A DNA stretch of 64,000 bases from positions 88,032 through 152,031 of the forward strand of contig CAYTWW010000002.1 of NCBI GenBank assembly GCA_964441565.1. The letters are read 5' to 3'. The notes under the pieces were generated by a model that was not told the DNA's origin, made no database searches, and was given only the letters and a program-made list of their open reading frames with translations. This document shows, one piece after another, positions 28,402 through 38,318 of this stretch. The position numbers and the translations under genes are program-made. Position 1 is the stretch's first letter, and every line of letters starts with the position of its first letter. The DNA comes from an uncultured Methanosarcinales archaeon (GTDB lineage: Archaea > Nanobdellota > Nanobdellia > Woesearchaeales > GW2011-AR15).

Positions 28402-30384
28402 CTAATACACTGCCACATACTTGACAATGCTGCACTCCCTGACATCCTTGACTGTGCAGAACCTCTGGATCTTCTCCTTGACAGAATCCAGGGACACTTT
28501 CGGCTCCATCTGTTCTGCAGGTGCCTCAGCGAATGATATCCTGTCATAGCATGCGACCTTCGAAAGATGGGAGAATATGTGTTTTTCAGACAGGCGCATG
28601 CCTGATCCATCTACATCTATAAGCCCTTGCGCCACCAGGCTTGCCACGACTTCCCCTATCCCGAGCCCAAGCTGCTTTGCCATGTCCTCTTCAGTGAATG
28701 TGCCAAGCTTGAAAGCCTGATGCAGCACTTTTATCTGGTCCTTCGATAGCCCTGCGAGCTCTGGCAGCCTTTTCGTCCGCATGGTCTCGATGTCTGTCAC
28801 GATCTCCCCGTTCTCCATCTCGCAGAGCAGGTTGAATTCCATGCCCTTCTCAGAGCATAGGAACATATAGGCAGGTATAAGCACTGTCTCCACCTTGGAC
28901 ACCTTCTTCTCGCTCATCAGCTCGATGTCCTTGGGTGACATCTTCGGTTTCACCAGAGGGATCATCTTCTTCTCCTCGAACTCTGTCAGTTTGTCGAAGA
29001 ACTTTCCTTCATTCTGCTCAAGCATCTCTACAGCATGTCCTCCATGCTGCGTCAGCCTTGGCCTGATGTTCACGAATAGCGGCATGTCTGCTATGCCTGT
29101 GATCAGAGCTGAACCGATAGGCAGGTTCTTAATCTCGCTCTCAGACTCGGCTGTGATACCCTCGACAGAGCTTGCGATCGCCTTCAGGTCACTGGGGTTC
29201 GTGACCTTCAGGATTATTTGTGTCGTGCACTGCGAGACGACAGACTTGTCTATCCTAGCAGGCCTCTGCGTTATCAGGCAAAGCCCGAGCCCGAACTTCC
29301 TCCCCTCTGATGCGACAGTACGCAGGATCTTCGAGCATCTCGCTTCTCCAAACGACCTCTCAGGGCAGAAGTTATGCGCTTCCTCGATCACACAGAAGAA
29401 CGGTGGCACCTTGTCTTTCTTCCTCAGCTCAAACAGGTCTTTCAGAAGCTTGTACAGGAGTATCTCAGTCACATCAGGATTCATGCCCTTGAGATTGATG
29501 ACAGTGCATTTCCCCGGCTGGACAAGCTCGTTGTAAGGAGAATAGCTATCTGTGAAGATATCAAGGTTCTTCAGGTACTCAAGGTTGTTGATGAGCGTCC
29601 ATTTGGCGGTATTCTCTTCCTTGTCGAGCGCGAACAGGACATTTGTGAAGTTGATCTTGTCAAGATGCTTGATCGCGCTGTATAGGATCCCCAGCTGCGT
29701 GTTGGACAGCTTTCCAGGTATGAGCTGGATTATCTCCGCAGGTGTCAGCTCGCTGTTGAGTTTTAGCGGACGAAGACTTGGATTCAGAGATGGATCTCCG
29801 AATTCCTGGACATTACTGAATGCCTTCGGCACAAGCCCGAACTTCGTCAGATTCTCCTTCTCCTCGGTGTTTGCATGCTTGAGCGAGGAGTACTCGCCAT
29901 GCGGATCGATTATCACGATAGGGACATTCTTCCCTATTATCTCCTCGACAAGGACCCCTGTCGTGTATGATTTGCCTGAACCTGATTTCGCCAGCACTAT
30001 CACATGCTTTGTCAGAAGCTTCGTGAGGTCCAGGTAGATGTCGATATCCTTTCCTTCGAGCTTTCCCACATATGCCCCCTTCTCAGTCTGCGGAAGGGCT
30101 ATGACTGACCTGACGAAATCATCCTCAGCACGAAGGACCTCAGAATTCTGGTCGAAAGGTATCCTTATGGACTTTATCCTGCCTTTGTCATCCTTATAAC
30201 CGATGACTGTGCATCTAGCGACATCCTTGTCAGTCCTCTCGATCTCCATTACCTGGCATAGCACCCAGTCATACACCTTGTGCATGACCTGGACGAACTC
30301 GAACTTCCTCGTCTCCTTCTCGACAATGAACTGGAAGTCGGTCGTGGTTATCTTGCCGAAGATATGTCCAAGGATCATCTGCAC
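28402..30384 (-). CDS. HerA/FtsK-superfamily (DUF87) P-loop ATPase with N-terminal HAS-barrel-like region
   Basis: 660 aa. Walker A is VLAKSGSGKSYTTGVLVEE and Walker B/DEAH-like is FFCVIEEAHNF. TQRP motif is LITQRPARIDKSV. The C-terminal region is helical and HTH-like. Confidence 0.8.
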   Translation of the reverse strand: MQMILGHIFGKITTTDFQFIVEKETRKFEFVQVMHKVYDWVLCQVMEIERTDKDVARCTVIGYKDDKGRIKSIRIPFDQNSEVLRAEDDFVRSVIALPQTEKGAYVGKLEGKDIDIYLDLTKLLTKHVIVLAKSGSGKSYTTGVLVEEIIGKNVPIVIIDPHGEYSSLKHANTEEKENLTKFGLVPKAFSNVQEFGDPSLNPSLRPLKLNSELTPAEIIQLIPGKLSNTQLGILYSAIKHLDKINFTNVLFALDKEENTAKWTLINNLEYLKNLDIFTDSYSPYNELVQPGKCTVINLKGMNPDVTEILLYKLLKDLFELRKKDKVPPFFCVIEEAHNFCPERSFGEARCSKILRTVASEGRKFGLGLCLITQRPARIDKSVVSQCTTQIILKVTNPSDLKAIASSVEGITAESESEIKNLPIGSALITGIADMPLFVNIRPRLTQHGGHAVEMLEQNEGKFFDKLTEFEEKKMIPLVKPKMSPKDIELMSEKKVSKVETVLIPAYMFLCSEKGMEFNLLCEMENGEIVTDIETMRTKRLPELAGLSKDQIKVLHQAFKLGTFTEEDMAKQLGLGIGEVVASLVAQGLIDVDGSGMRLSEKHIFSHLSKVACYDRISFAEAPAEQMEPKVSLDSVKEKIQRFCTVKDVRECSIVKYVAVY

Positions 30385-30411
30385 AGAAAAAAGCCCGGCG
30401 CTTTAAATTAT

Positions 30412-32244
30412 TTATGTGCCGTATGCGTAATGATGATAGACCTGATTTGGGGACAGTAGCCTCCTTATCAGGTATGCTCTCGCTCTGCCTTCTTCCTGTG
30501 CGACGGCGAGATCCTCAGGCGCCAAGTCTCCATTCGTCCTCCTCCTTGTGATGCCCATGTATCCCTTATCTATAAGGAATTCCACCATTGCGAGCTGCCA
30601 GTTCCTGTAGGCTTCATGTGATTGCTGTTGCGCATCCTCCTGCAATGCGTCCTCAAGCGTCGTCTTCGCTTGGAACTCCGCGGCATACACCCTGTCGCCC
30701 CAGCTGCTCGGTGCAGTCTCGATCCTGAGATGGAGTGCATTGTAGTCACGATCCTGATCAGAGATGTAATCTTCAAACGCATCCTCATCCACCCAATTGA
30801 CGAAGATGCCTGCATGCGGCTCAGGCTTCTTTATCAGGACAACTTCTTCATCTGGCACCATGTGGCCGATCTTTTCCCTGTATTTGGAGATAATGAACGG
30901 TTCGATCGTCGTATATGCGATACCTTCACGCTCATAGATCGGGGCTGACCGTATGAGCCTGCGATCCTGCTTGCTGACTAGATCTATCAACGCATTCTTC
31001 TGCTCTTCTGTAAGGAGCACAAGCACACTCCCTATATGCTTTGTGATATTTGAGACAAGGTCCCCGTACCTGACTGCGTAAGGCCGTATGTCAGAAAGAG
31101 GACGTCCGACTAGATGTTCAGCCAGGGAATACAGGGTACTGTATGCCTGTTCTTCTCCGCCTGCCAATGCTTCCCTATCAAAGTCCCTGATATCGGCAGG
31201 CACCTGCGCCCCAGAAAATATCACTCTTATCCTATGGAGGTCGCTCAGGTCCCTCGGACTCGGCCTCCTTCTGAAATCAATGCCCTTTGACTCCATGAAA
31301 TCCTGAAGCTCGCCTGACTCGTACGCCTGCTGGAGGACTGGGGTGTGCTGCTGGAGGATGAACTTGTCAGGGAATGACTCGCCTTTGATGCCGTATGAGA
31401 TGAAGATATGCTTGGAGGGGATATGTTGCTCAGCAGCCTCTGATATCGACTGGATGATAGTGTCCTTGATCCTGGGATTCTTGAAGATCGATTTCTTGGG
31501 AAGGTCATCCAGATGCTCCCTCACAAGATCTGAGAGATTGACCGTCAGGAGGATTGTCTGATCAAGAGCATCATATAAGCTTAGGTAGTCCGATCCTACA
31601 CCTACAGCACTGCTGATCTGGTCATAGAGGTCTTTTTCATCCTCGAACCATTGTGAAAGCTCAGCATAGGCCTTCTTGATTATGCTCTGTTCCAGAAGAG
31701 GCTTATCTACCTTTGGCCTGAACAGCATCACTCTGCCCACATAATGGACGTCGGTCTCCCCACCGCATCTCCTGCAGCTGATCCTGCCTCTGTCCAGGTT
31801 CTCATCATGATGTGAGTAGAGGAATTGCGATCTCGAATAATGCTGCCTTGCTTCCTGTATCACGGCTCCTATGTCCCCTGCATCAGGTTCCGTAGGTATC
31901 AGCGCCCTGGCGACCATGGTGGGATAAGCATGATTATGGCATGTCTCATTCACAAGGAGATAGTGGCTCACTTCAGGATCGCTGACAAGGTTGGCGGCCC
32001 AGCCTGATATCCTGGAGACCACGGTCTGGACGAAAGTGAAACCATGGTCCTTCTCAGTATCAAACTTCTCCAGGAAGCCTGATGCCATCTTCAGGACGTC
32101 TGCCCAGCTATCCTGCAGATACTGGATGGATCGTGTCCGCTCTTCCCGGAACAGTCCCTTCTCCAGCTGTGCAAGGTCCGTGCTGATTATATGCTCCAGA
32201 GACCTCATCATGCTAGTGATTTGTGAAAGCTTAATTAAAAACAT
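30412..32244 (-). CDS. Large hypothetical protein (610 aa) forming a tight pair with the HerA-like ATPase
   Basis: 27-bp gap to the downstream ATPase gene on the same strand. Contains a C-x2-C element (SCRRCGGETDVHYVG) and no recognised catalytic motif. Confidence 0.6.
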   Translation of the reverse strand: MFLIKLSQITSMMRSLEHIISTDLAQLEKGLFREERTRSIQYLQDSWADVLKMASGFLEKFDTEKDHGFTFVQTVVSRISGWAANLVSDPEVSHYLLVNETCHNHAYPTMVARALIPTEPDAGDIGAVIQEARQHYSRSQFLYSHHDENLDRGRISCRRCGGETDVHYVGRVMLFRPKVDKPLLEQSIIKKAYAELSQWFEDEKDLYDQISSAVGVGSDYLSLYDALDQTILLTVNLSDLVREHLDDLPKKSIFKNPRIKDTIIQSISEAAEQHIPSKHIFISYGIKGESFPDKFILQQHTPVLQQAYESGELQDFMESKGIDFRRRPSPRDLSDLHRIRVIFSGAQVPADIRDFDREALAGGEEQAYSTLYSLAEHLVGRPLSDIRPYAVRYGDLVSNITKHIGSVLVLLTEEQKNALIDLVSKQDRRLIRSAPIYEREGIAYTTIEPFIISKYREKIGHMVPDEEVVLIKKPEPHAGIFVNWVDEDAFEDYISDQDRDYNALHLRIETAPSSWGDRVYAAEFQAKTTLEDALQEDAQQQSHEAYRNWQLAMVEFLIDKGYMGITRRRTNGDLAPEDLAVAQEEGRARAYLIRRLLSPNQVYHHYAYGT

Positions 32245-32290
32245 TGCCGTAACCTAAAAGAAAAACAGCAGTTTTTTCAAGTATGAAGGA

Positions 32291-32758
32291 TTGCATGCAG
32301 GGATGGACAGGCTTATCGCCCTAAATTCGAAAGAGATCAAGGAGATCTCAAAGGAGATCGAGGACAACTATGGGGCAGGCTTCGATTTCTCAAGATATGG
32401 TGTCTACAAGAGCGGCAAGGATAAGGTCTACATTATAAATAGGGAAGCTACTGCTCTCGACTTCGATGAGCTCCGAGTCAATACCCTTGGTCTGTATTTC
32501 TGCGACATGTCAGGAGAGGAGATAAGGCTATCGATGGAAGGGTCTTTCCTTGTATCGAAGACAGCTAAGAAAGGCATCCTCGACATCGGAGACGATGATG
32601 CTGTCCTATGGTTGTCTGGAAAGGATCTTGAGTTGAAGGCTGAGAGAGGTTTCCTGATCATCCGGAACAGGGGAGATATCCTGGGTTCAGGCAAATCCAC
32701 AGGCAGGCTAATACTCAATTACCTCCCTAAGACAAGGCGGTTAAAAGCGGAATCCTGA
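32291..32758 (+). CDS. Nip7-like/PUA-domain small protein (tentative)
   Basis: 155 aa. N-terminal NYGAGFDFSRYGVYKSGKDKVYIINREA and C-terminal GFLIIRNRGDILGSGKSTGRLI are PUA-like. It sits in the 0.48-kb gap between the HD gene and the 610-aa gene, on the opposite strand. Confidence 0.45.
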   Translation: MHAGMDRLIALNSKEIKEISKEIEDNYGAGFDFSRYGVYKSGKDKVYIINREATALDFDELRVNTLGLYFCDMSGEEIRLSMEGSFLVSKTAKKGILDIGDDDAVLWLSGKDLELKAERGFLIIRNRGDILGSGKSTGRLILNYLPKTRRLKAES

Positions 32759-34259
32759 TCCCTGGTGCTGAGTATGGAAGTCGGATGAGCGCCCTTGAAT
32801 CAGGCACATATCCGCCTCGCATGTTCTTCGATTGCGAAGCCTTGGCAAGAGCATTGAATGACAGCATCTCAGCATAGAACTGTTCGACCGAATCCAGGGA
32901 TACAAGGCCTCTGTATCCTGTGTCTGCCACTGGGTTTGAAGGGTCGACCTGGGAAGAAAGCCGTCCGATGGTATCCTTGAAATGGTATTCCTTGTTCATT
33001 CTCTTCTCAAACCAGCTGACAGCTATGCCTGGCGACCTGTCCCTCTTCTGGAACATCCCCTTCCTATCATACGACAAGGCCCCCTCATATACCTTTGAGA
33101 GTTGTTTCCATAGCATATCCGAGGATATCTTCCTTGGCTTCTCTCCCCTCAGCTGAGAGTATTTCATTATCTTCTCCGCAAGCCCCTGGAGTTCATCATC
33201 ATCGCTTATCCTGTCTACAACCCGTTCGGTATCGTTTATGATCGCCTGGGCTAGTGCCATCCTCATCCCGAACAGCATTGGTGCCCTTGGGCCTTCAGCA
33301 ATCATCTCCACTGTCTCGTTCTGCAGTGCCCAGTTCCTATAATGCGTCTCCCTCTTCCCCTCTGTCCTGTCTACGAGAACATATTTGAGGGTATCGATGT
33401 CTTCAGGCTTTGTATCACGCGTGAAATCGAATGTGTATTCCCTTTCAGTATTATGGATCCTGTCAGCGAACTTGACAGATACTACAACATCCCTCACCAC
33501 AGTATCCTTGACTGAGAGCATCCTCTGGATGTACTCGACATATGACTCGAAAGGGCTTCGGGTTATCGCCTTAAGCCCATCTGAAAGCTGTCTCTCAAGG
33601 ATATCATCTCCCAGATCAAGATACCCTACGACGATATTGATGATCCGATCCCTCTCTGAGATATACTCCTGCTCCATTTGCCCAAGCTGTCTTTGCGCCT
33701 TGTCGATGAGCGCCAGATACATAGAAGGAAGCCTGCCCATACCCTCCCTTGTCTCTTTTCGCAACTGGTTTATCTGGCTCCTGTATTTCTCCTTGAACTC
33801 TGGAAGATCCTCTATCGTGTCATGCAGGAGAGACAGGTAGGACATGAATGGGCTCCCGAAGTCTCCCGCCAGCCTGTCTGCGATCAGTGAGACACCGATC
33901 ACATGAGAAAGCCTTGATTTCTCAGGGGAGAACTTCCTCCTCTTGTCTTTCCTGTTTTCGAAATCATAATAGATATGCTTGTCAAGATTGAGAATCCTTA
34001 TCAGCACGTCACTATCAAGTGCATCATCATGCCTGAGAGAATAATCGCTCGCCAGCCTCCTTGCGATAGGAGCCAGCCTTTTCCTCAATGGTGCTCTGCT
34101 GATGAAATCATCAAGCTCAAACATGCCATATGTGCTGGCCTTCAAAACATAAGGATCGAGCAGGTCTCCGATAGCTATGCCTTCATGGGACAGCATGACT
34201 GCTCTCTCTGTGATACCGTCGATGGATTCCTGCGTCAGAAGCTCCTCAAGGTCAGGCAT
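32727..34259 (-). CDS. HD-domain protein with RelA/SpoT-type (p)ppGpp-hydrolase-like signature, plus N- and C-terminal extensions
   Basis: 510 aa. SHVIGVSLIADRLAGDFGSPFMSYLSLLHDTIEDL carries the H...HD motif, and about 130 aa later VKFADRIHNTERE echoes the RSH hydrolase block (cf. KLADRLHNMR). Confidence 0.6.
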   Translation of the reverse strand: MPDLEELLTQESIDGITERAVMLSHEGIAIGDLLDPYVLKASTYGMFELDDFISRAPLRKRLAPIARRLASDYSLRHDDALDSDVLIRILNLDKHIYYDFENRKDKRRKFSPEKSRLSHVIGVSLIADRLAGDFGSPFMSYLSLLHDTIEDLPEFKEKYRSQINQLRKETREGMGRLPSMYLALIDKAQRQLGQMEQEYISERDRIINIVVGYLDLGDDILERQLSDGLKAITRSPFESYVEYIQRMLSVKDTVVRDVVVSVKFADRIHNTEREYTFDFTRDTKPEDIDTLKYVLVDRTEGKRETHYRNWALQNETVEMIAEGPRAPMLFGMRMALAQAIINDTERVVDRISDDDELQGLAEKIMKYSQLRGEKPRKISSDMLWKQLSKVYEGALSYDRKGMFQKRDRSPGIAVSWFEKRMNKEYHFKDTIGRLSSQVDPSNPVADTGYRGLVSLDSVEQFYAEMLSFNALAKASQSKNMRGGYVPDSRALIRLPYSAPGIRIPLLTALS

Positions 34260-34343
34260 CCACTAGCAATACCGATGATTGATTTAAAAACCTGAGTGCA
34301 TTATGCAAAATCTGGAAGGGAGATATTCCATCATAGGGGATTT

Positions 34344-34802
34344 TTATCCGGTCTCACCACGGTTCCATATCCTATCTCCCACATGATGGATGTTCCTTAT
34401 CACCTTTCCTGTTGCCATCGCATCCATCTTCACAGAATCGAACATGGCGATACCGACTGCAAGAGGTCTCCTGTTGTTGATGTCTACGACAGAGACTACA
34501 TCGCCTTCACCAAATGTAGGGATCTCCTTTATCCCTGGCCGCATGATGTCTGCCCCTGATGCAACGAATCTCACAGCACCCATATCGACCACGATCTGCT
34601 TGAGGAAATTATCAGTTAGGAGCATCCTCAGGACAGGAACCGGATGATTTTCATATAGGAAGAACCTGAGTTCCTCGTTCACCAGTATAAGGTCCTCATC
34701 AAGTTCCACCTTGTCTTTCTTGTCCACAAGCTCTCTTCCATACCTTTCGACTACTGTCGAGAATAGTTCCCTTATCTCCTTGTTCTTCAGATGCCTTTTC
34801 AT
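34344..34802 (-). CDS. PUA-domain protein (archaeal small PUA family)
   Basis: Start re-chosen at MKRHLKNKEIRELF. C-terminal PUA motif VRFVASGADIMRPGIKEIPTFGEGDVVSVVDINNRRPLAVGIAMFDS. Confidence 0.6.
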   Translation of the reverse strand: MKRHLKNKEIRELFSTVVERYGRELVDKKDKVELDEDLILVNEELRFFLYENHPVPVLRMLLTDNFLKQIVVDMGAVRFVASGADIMRPGIKEIPTFGEGDVVSVVDINNRRPLAVGIAMFDSVKMDAMATGKVIRNIHHVGDRIWNRGETG

Positions 34803-35185
34803 CTTATCTCGATTGTCGCAGACGCTGCAGGATCCTTCAGATGCTCGACGATCCTCCTGTCTATGTCGCATGCTGCCTTCGTCGCCCTTGTCCCAAGAGT
34901 CCTGCTGCTCAGGAATGAGCTCCTCCGCAGGACTATCTCATGCTCATCATCAAAAGCATGGTTGACCTCTGCGGTGAAACTGTCTGAGATACCTTTTGCA
35001 AAGATGGTGACAGTGATGTGATCCTTATCTCTGATATGGTCAGACAGCTCTTTAAGGCCATAATCAGCCCTGATTCCTAGTATGCAGTCACCATTAAGGC
35101 TTAGAGCATCATCCTTGGTGAACTCGATTGTGTTCCTGTGCTCTGACCTTGTATTCTTGTGTCCGTGCACAGTGAACCTGATCAC
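34799..35185 (-). CDS. DUF371-like archaeal protein
   Basis: 128 aa. FTVHGHKNTRSEHRNTIEFTKDD matches the conserved N-terminal block I remember for DUF371. It is adjacent to the PUA gene, as is common for that family. Confidence 0.45.
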   Translation of the reverse strand: MIRFTVHGHKNTRSEHRNTIEFTKDDALSLNGDCILGIRADYGLKELSDHIRDKDHITVTIFAKGISDSFTAEVNHAFDDEHEIVLRRSSFLSSRTLGTRATKAACDIDRRIVEHLKDPAASATIEIR

Positions 35186-35409
35186 TTCTTATCTTCCCGC
35201 TTGACTATGTCTTCGATAGGCTTCTTCTCAGATGCTTCCTGTGCCATCTTCTGGAGGTCGATGCCCATGTCAGATAGAGACTTGACATGCATCTGCATCA
35301 GCTGCTCAACGATGTTGACCAGCTTCAAGAGCTCTTGCCTCTCTTTTGCCAGGGTTGACAAAGAACCTTTATGGAAACCTATCTGCTCTTCCTTGGAAAC
35401 ATTCTCCAT
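35182..35409 (-). CDS. Small helical hypothetical protein
   Basis: 75-aa coiled-coil-like ORF, overlapping gene ends (ATGA-type) with the next gene. Confidence 0.35.
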   Translation of the reverse strand: MENVSKEEQIGFHKGSLSTLAKERQELLKLVNIVEQLMQMHVKSLSDMGIDLQKMAQEASEKKPIEDIVKREDKK

Positions 35410-35540
35410 ATTATCACCTACTCTCCATCTAGGTTTCCAGATATATAATGCTTTCTAATTCCATGAAATATCCTGCATGGAAAATATTTATCCGGTTTTC
35501 TCGATAAGCCTTATAACTTAGTTGATACTAATCTGCCCCC

Positions 35541-36176
35541 ATGGACCTGCTAGCGCTATCAATCAATATCAGGCAACTCTTCCTTGGAAGCGAGAGGAAT
35601 TTCTTTGGGCTTCCTGTTGACCAGAAACATAGGGGAAAGATAATATCCATCAATTCATACTACAGGAGATTCTCCCTGAAGCATGCTGGGGCACTCCCGA
35701 CAAAGACCCACGCCCAGTTCATTGTCTGGAAGACCAATCACAGGCTAAGGCTCGGCTTCCCTGTAGGCTGGTATATGTACGGACCCTTCTGTCCTATACC
35801 CTTCGGTTTCTCTTTCAGGGACAACCTGAATGATGAAGAGAAGAATGTCGTCGAGAAGGCTGCCATCGACCTGATGAGGTTTGGGACGCTGAAGCTTGAG
35901 AGGATCGCTTCTGTCTATCAGCCAATCCATGAGGCGCGGCTGGACATAGTGCATGGTAAGCGCAGAGATGCATTCGTCAATCTGAGAAGGCATGCTCCGC
36001 CAGAGACCAGGGATCTGATACGCCCTTGCGAAGGCGAGCAGTTCGCTTCATTATGGCGCTACATCTCGCTCGTGCGGCTCCGGGACTCCCTGAGGTTCTA
36101 CTATGGAAAGCGTATAGATCTTTACCTATGGAGACAGATCCTGAGAGCCAGGAGGATGGTTCAGCAGGCTGAATAG
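35541..36176 (+). CDS. Hypothetical protein
   Basis: 211 aa with no motif; 16-nt convergent overlap with the 671-aa gene. Confidence 0.4.
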   Translation: MDLLALSINIRQLFLGSERNFFGLPVDQKHRGKIISINSYYRRFSLKHAGALPTKTHAQFIVWKTNHRLRLGFPVGWYMYGPFCPIPFGFSFRDNLNDEEKNVVEKAAIDLMRFGTLKLERIASVYQPIHEARLDIVHGKRRDAFVNLRRHAPPETRDLIRPCEGEQFASLWRYISLVRLRDSLRFYYGKRIDLYLWRQILRARRMVQQAE

Positions 36177-38176
36177 TTCGTTCGGAGGAAATCGATTATT
36201 GAGCTTGAGCCCCTTCTTGTGAAATGAAGATATTTGATACCTCTCTTGTCGCATTCTGATTTCACTGGACCATAGCAGTCATGGTCGATATTTGGTGTGA
36301 TGAATATGATCAGATCCATTTGCCCTGCCTGCTGAGCATCTCTTCTGGGATTCTGCCGATGATAGACAGTTGTCGGGACAGGTATCGTCTTTTCGATGAT
36401 GTGAGCAGTCTCTGAAGAATAGTCGCCTCCATAGATATGGATATTTGAGAACCTTTCTAGATGCAGGCTATCAGTCAGGGTCTGAGCAGAAGCAAGGTCT
36501 GGATTCCTTGCTTGTGATTCAGGCAGTAGGCGAGCGCAAAGGCCAGCGTATATGTTTCCTTGAAGTTCAAGCCTACCCAGTCTCTGCCCGGATTCAAGAA
36601 GGCTTTGGTATGCTGCCCAGAGGCACACATCTGATAGGAGTATCTTGATCATTGAGCTTTGATTTTCTTGTAGATCATTCGACATGAGCAGGGCCTGTTG
36701 AAGCCCTTTATCGGCGATAGTCCAGAACCTGCCCTGCATTCCATCTGGAAGGCAGGAGAATCCCTGACTCACTGATCGAGCATCCTCGATTCCTAGAGAA
36801 GAGATATATGCATCGAATCTGCTCTGTCTCTGCTGTGATGCCACAGCTCTGGCTTTGCTGATCCTTCTCTCGAGTGTCTCCAGGTTTCCTGCTTTGAACC
36901 CAGGCTCAATATCTCCATCTATCTTATTCAATGCACTGCGGATCGTCTTGAGCCTGGTCTGGTTCGGTTGCTGAAGGGCAGTATCCAACAGCAAGGCAGC
37001 CTTGTTGACATACCCTGACCTGACCATGGTGAAATAATCCTTGAGCACCAATTCTGCCATGCTGTACCTTTCGGTCACATCAATGATCCTATCATGGCTG
37101 TCGGCTGAGAAAAGGATCTCGATGTTCTCAAGGAGGACTCCGGCTCCTTTCCATTGGTAAGGTTTTTCAAGTCCTAGGAGGAATTCTTCGAAGGTGCCAT
37201 TGCCAAAAGGCATCCTGAACCATGGCATCCCCCCGATCACAGCTCTTGATCCTGCCCCTGTGGTCTTTGCAAGCTTAAGGATGCCGGGATTTCTTGCCAG
37301 CTCATCAAGCAGGCAATCTCTGTTCTCAGGAGCTTCAGCCTTCAGGAGCCTGAGAGCTGTGCCTGGCTCATCTATCATAGCCAGCTTCTCAGCGACATAT
37401 CCTATGGGAGGTGATTCGCGTCTCCTGTCGAGGAGCTTGTATATCTCGATCCAGCTCTGCCTTGTGAGTACCTTGTATGATTCCTCCAAGTCCTGCATCA
37501 TCAGGACGATCGGGTCTAGCCTCTGTGCCTCGGAGAACAGACCGATTGTGACCTCTGTATCTGTCTTGTAGACTTCTCTTATGAGGATATTCCTCTCTCG
37601 CGTCGCCTCAATCAGATCTTCCAGATACAGGTTGGTGGCTACTGGCCCTGCTGCTTCGAATATCGAAGTAGCGATCCCCACCAGCTCTTCAAGATTTGAG
37701 ACCTTCTTATGGTAGTCTCCCATGGATTCATCGCAATACAGCTTGATCCTTGTCAGAGGATAGACATAAGGGACTTCATAGAAGTTGTGCTTCTGGGGTA
37801 TCTTGACATCCCCAGCCAACATCACTGCTTCCAATACCTTCTCGTCGCTTGGATTGATGCGTGCCACCTTCTGAGCAGTGCCAAGGCAGCTGAGGCCATA
37901 GTTCCAGTCCGCATAGTCTGCAAGTGTTGAAAGGAATTTGCGTGCTCTCTTGAGGAAATCCTGGGAAGCTCCTGTGATCAATGGCTCAAGATCCAGCTGA
38001 AGGCTGACAGCAGGAGATACCTGAGGCAGGGCTTTATCGAAAAGCCTTCTCGCATCCTCGAGAGCGATGTTATAGAGCCACGCCATTGCTGCTGAGACTA
38101 CAGCTCTCTTGTCCTCGTACTCCTCTCTATCCTTTTCAAGCTCCCTTTCAAGGCGTTCCTTTTTCTTTCTACTCAC
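36161..38176 (-). CDS. Large hypothetical protein (671 aa)
   Basis: Long ORF with good coding appearance and an N-terminal KE-rich coiled segment. No catalytic motif recognised. Its start lies 42 bp from the tRNA 3'-end duplicate. Confidence 0.55.
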   Translation of the reverse strand: MSRKKKERLERELEKDREEYEDKRAVVSAAMAWLYNIALEDARRLFDKALPQVSPAVSLQLDLEPLITGASQDFLKRARKFLSTLADYADWNYGLSCLGTAQKVARINPSDEKVLEAVMLAGDVKIPQKHNFYEVPYVYPLTRIKLYCDESMGDYHKKVSNLEELVGIATSIFEAAGPVATNLYLEDLIEATRERNILIREVYKTDTEVTIGLFSEAQRLDPIVLMMQDLEESYKVLTRQSWIEIYKLLDRRRESPPIGYVAEKLAMIDEPGTALRLLKAEAPENRDCLLDELARNPGILKLAKTTGAGSRAVIGGMPWFRMPFGNGTFEEFLLGLEKPYQWKGAGVLLENIEILFSADSHDRIIDVTERYSMAELVLKDYFTMVRSGYVNKAALLLDTALQQPNQTRLKTIRSALNKIDGDIEPGFKAGNLETLERRISKARAVASQQRQSRFDAYISSLGIEDARSVSQGFSCLPDGMQGRFWTIADKGLQQALLMSNDLQENQSSMIKILLSDVCLWAAYQSLLESGQRLGRLELQGNIYAGLCARLLPESQARNPDLASAQTLTDSLHLERFSNIHIYGGDYSSETAHIIEKTIPVPTTVYHRQNPRRDAQQAGQMDLIIFITPNIDHDCYGPVKSECDKRGIKYLHFTRRGSSSIIDFLRTNYSAC

Positions 38177-38217
38177 AAATCAAGGCGGACCAGGTAGCAA
38201 TATTTAAGGATTTTCAT

Positions 38218-38241
38218 GAAAAGAGTGAAGGGATAGGGATT
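38218..38241. repeat. Direct repeat: duplicate of the tRNA-Leu 3' end (gaaaagagtgaAgggatagggatt versus gaaaagagtgaGgggatagggatt at 38311-38334), att-site-like remnant
   Basis: 23 of 24 nt are identical to the 3' acceptor/T-arm end of the tRNA (minus strand) 93 bp away. A third partial T-arm-like fragment (gtgttcaaatcctgac) lies between them. Confidence 0.6.
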
Positions 38242-38318
38242 CCCAGGAACCGTAAGTTCATGGGCACACGAATGAAATGAGTGTGTGTTCAAATCCTGAC
38301 CCGAACGAATGAAAAGAG

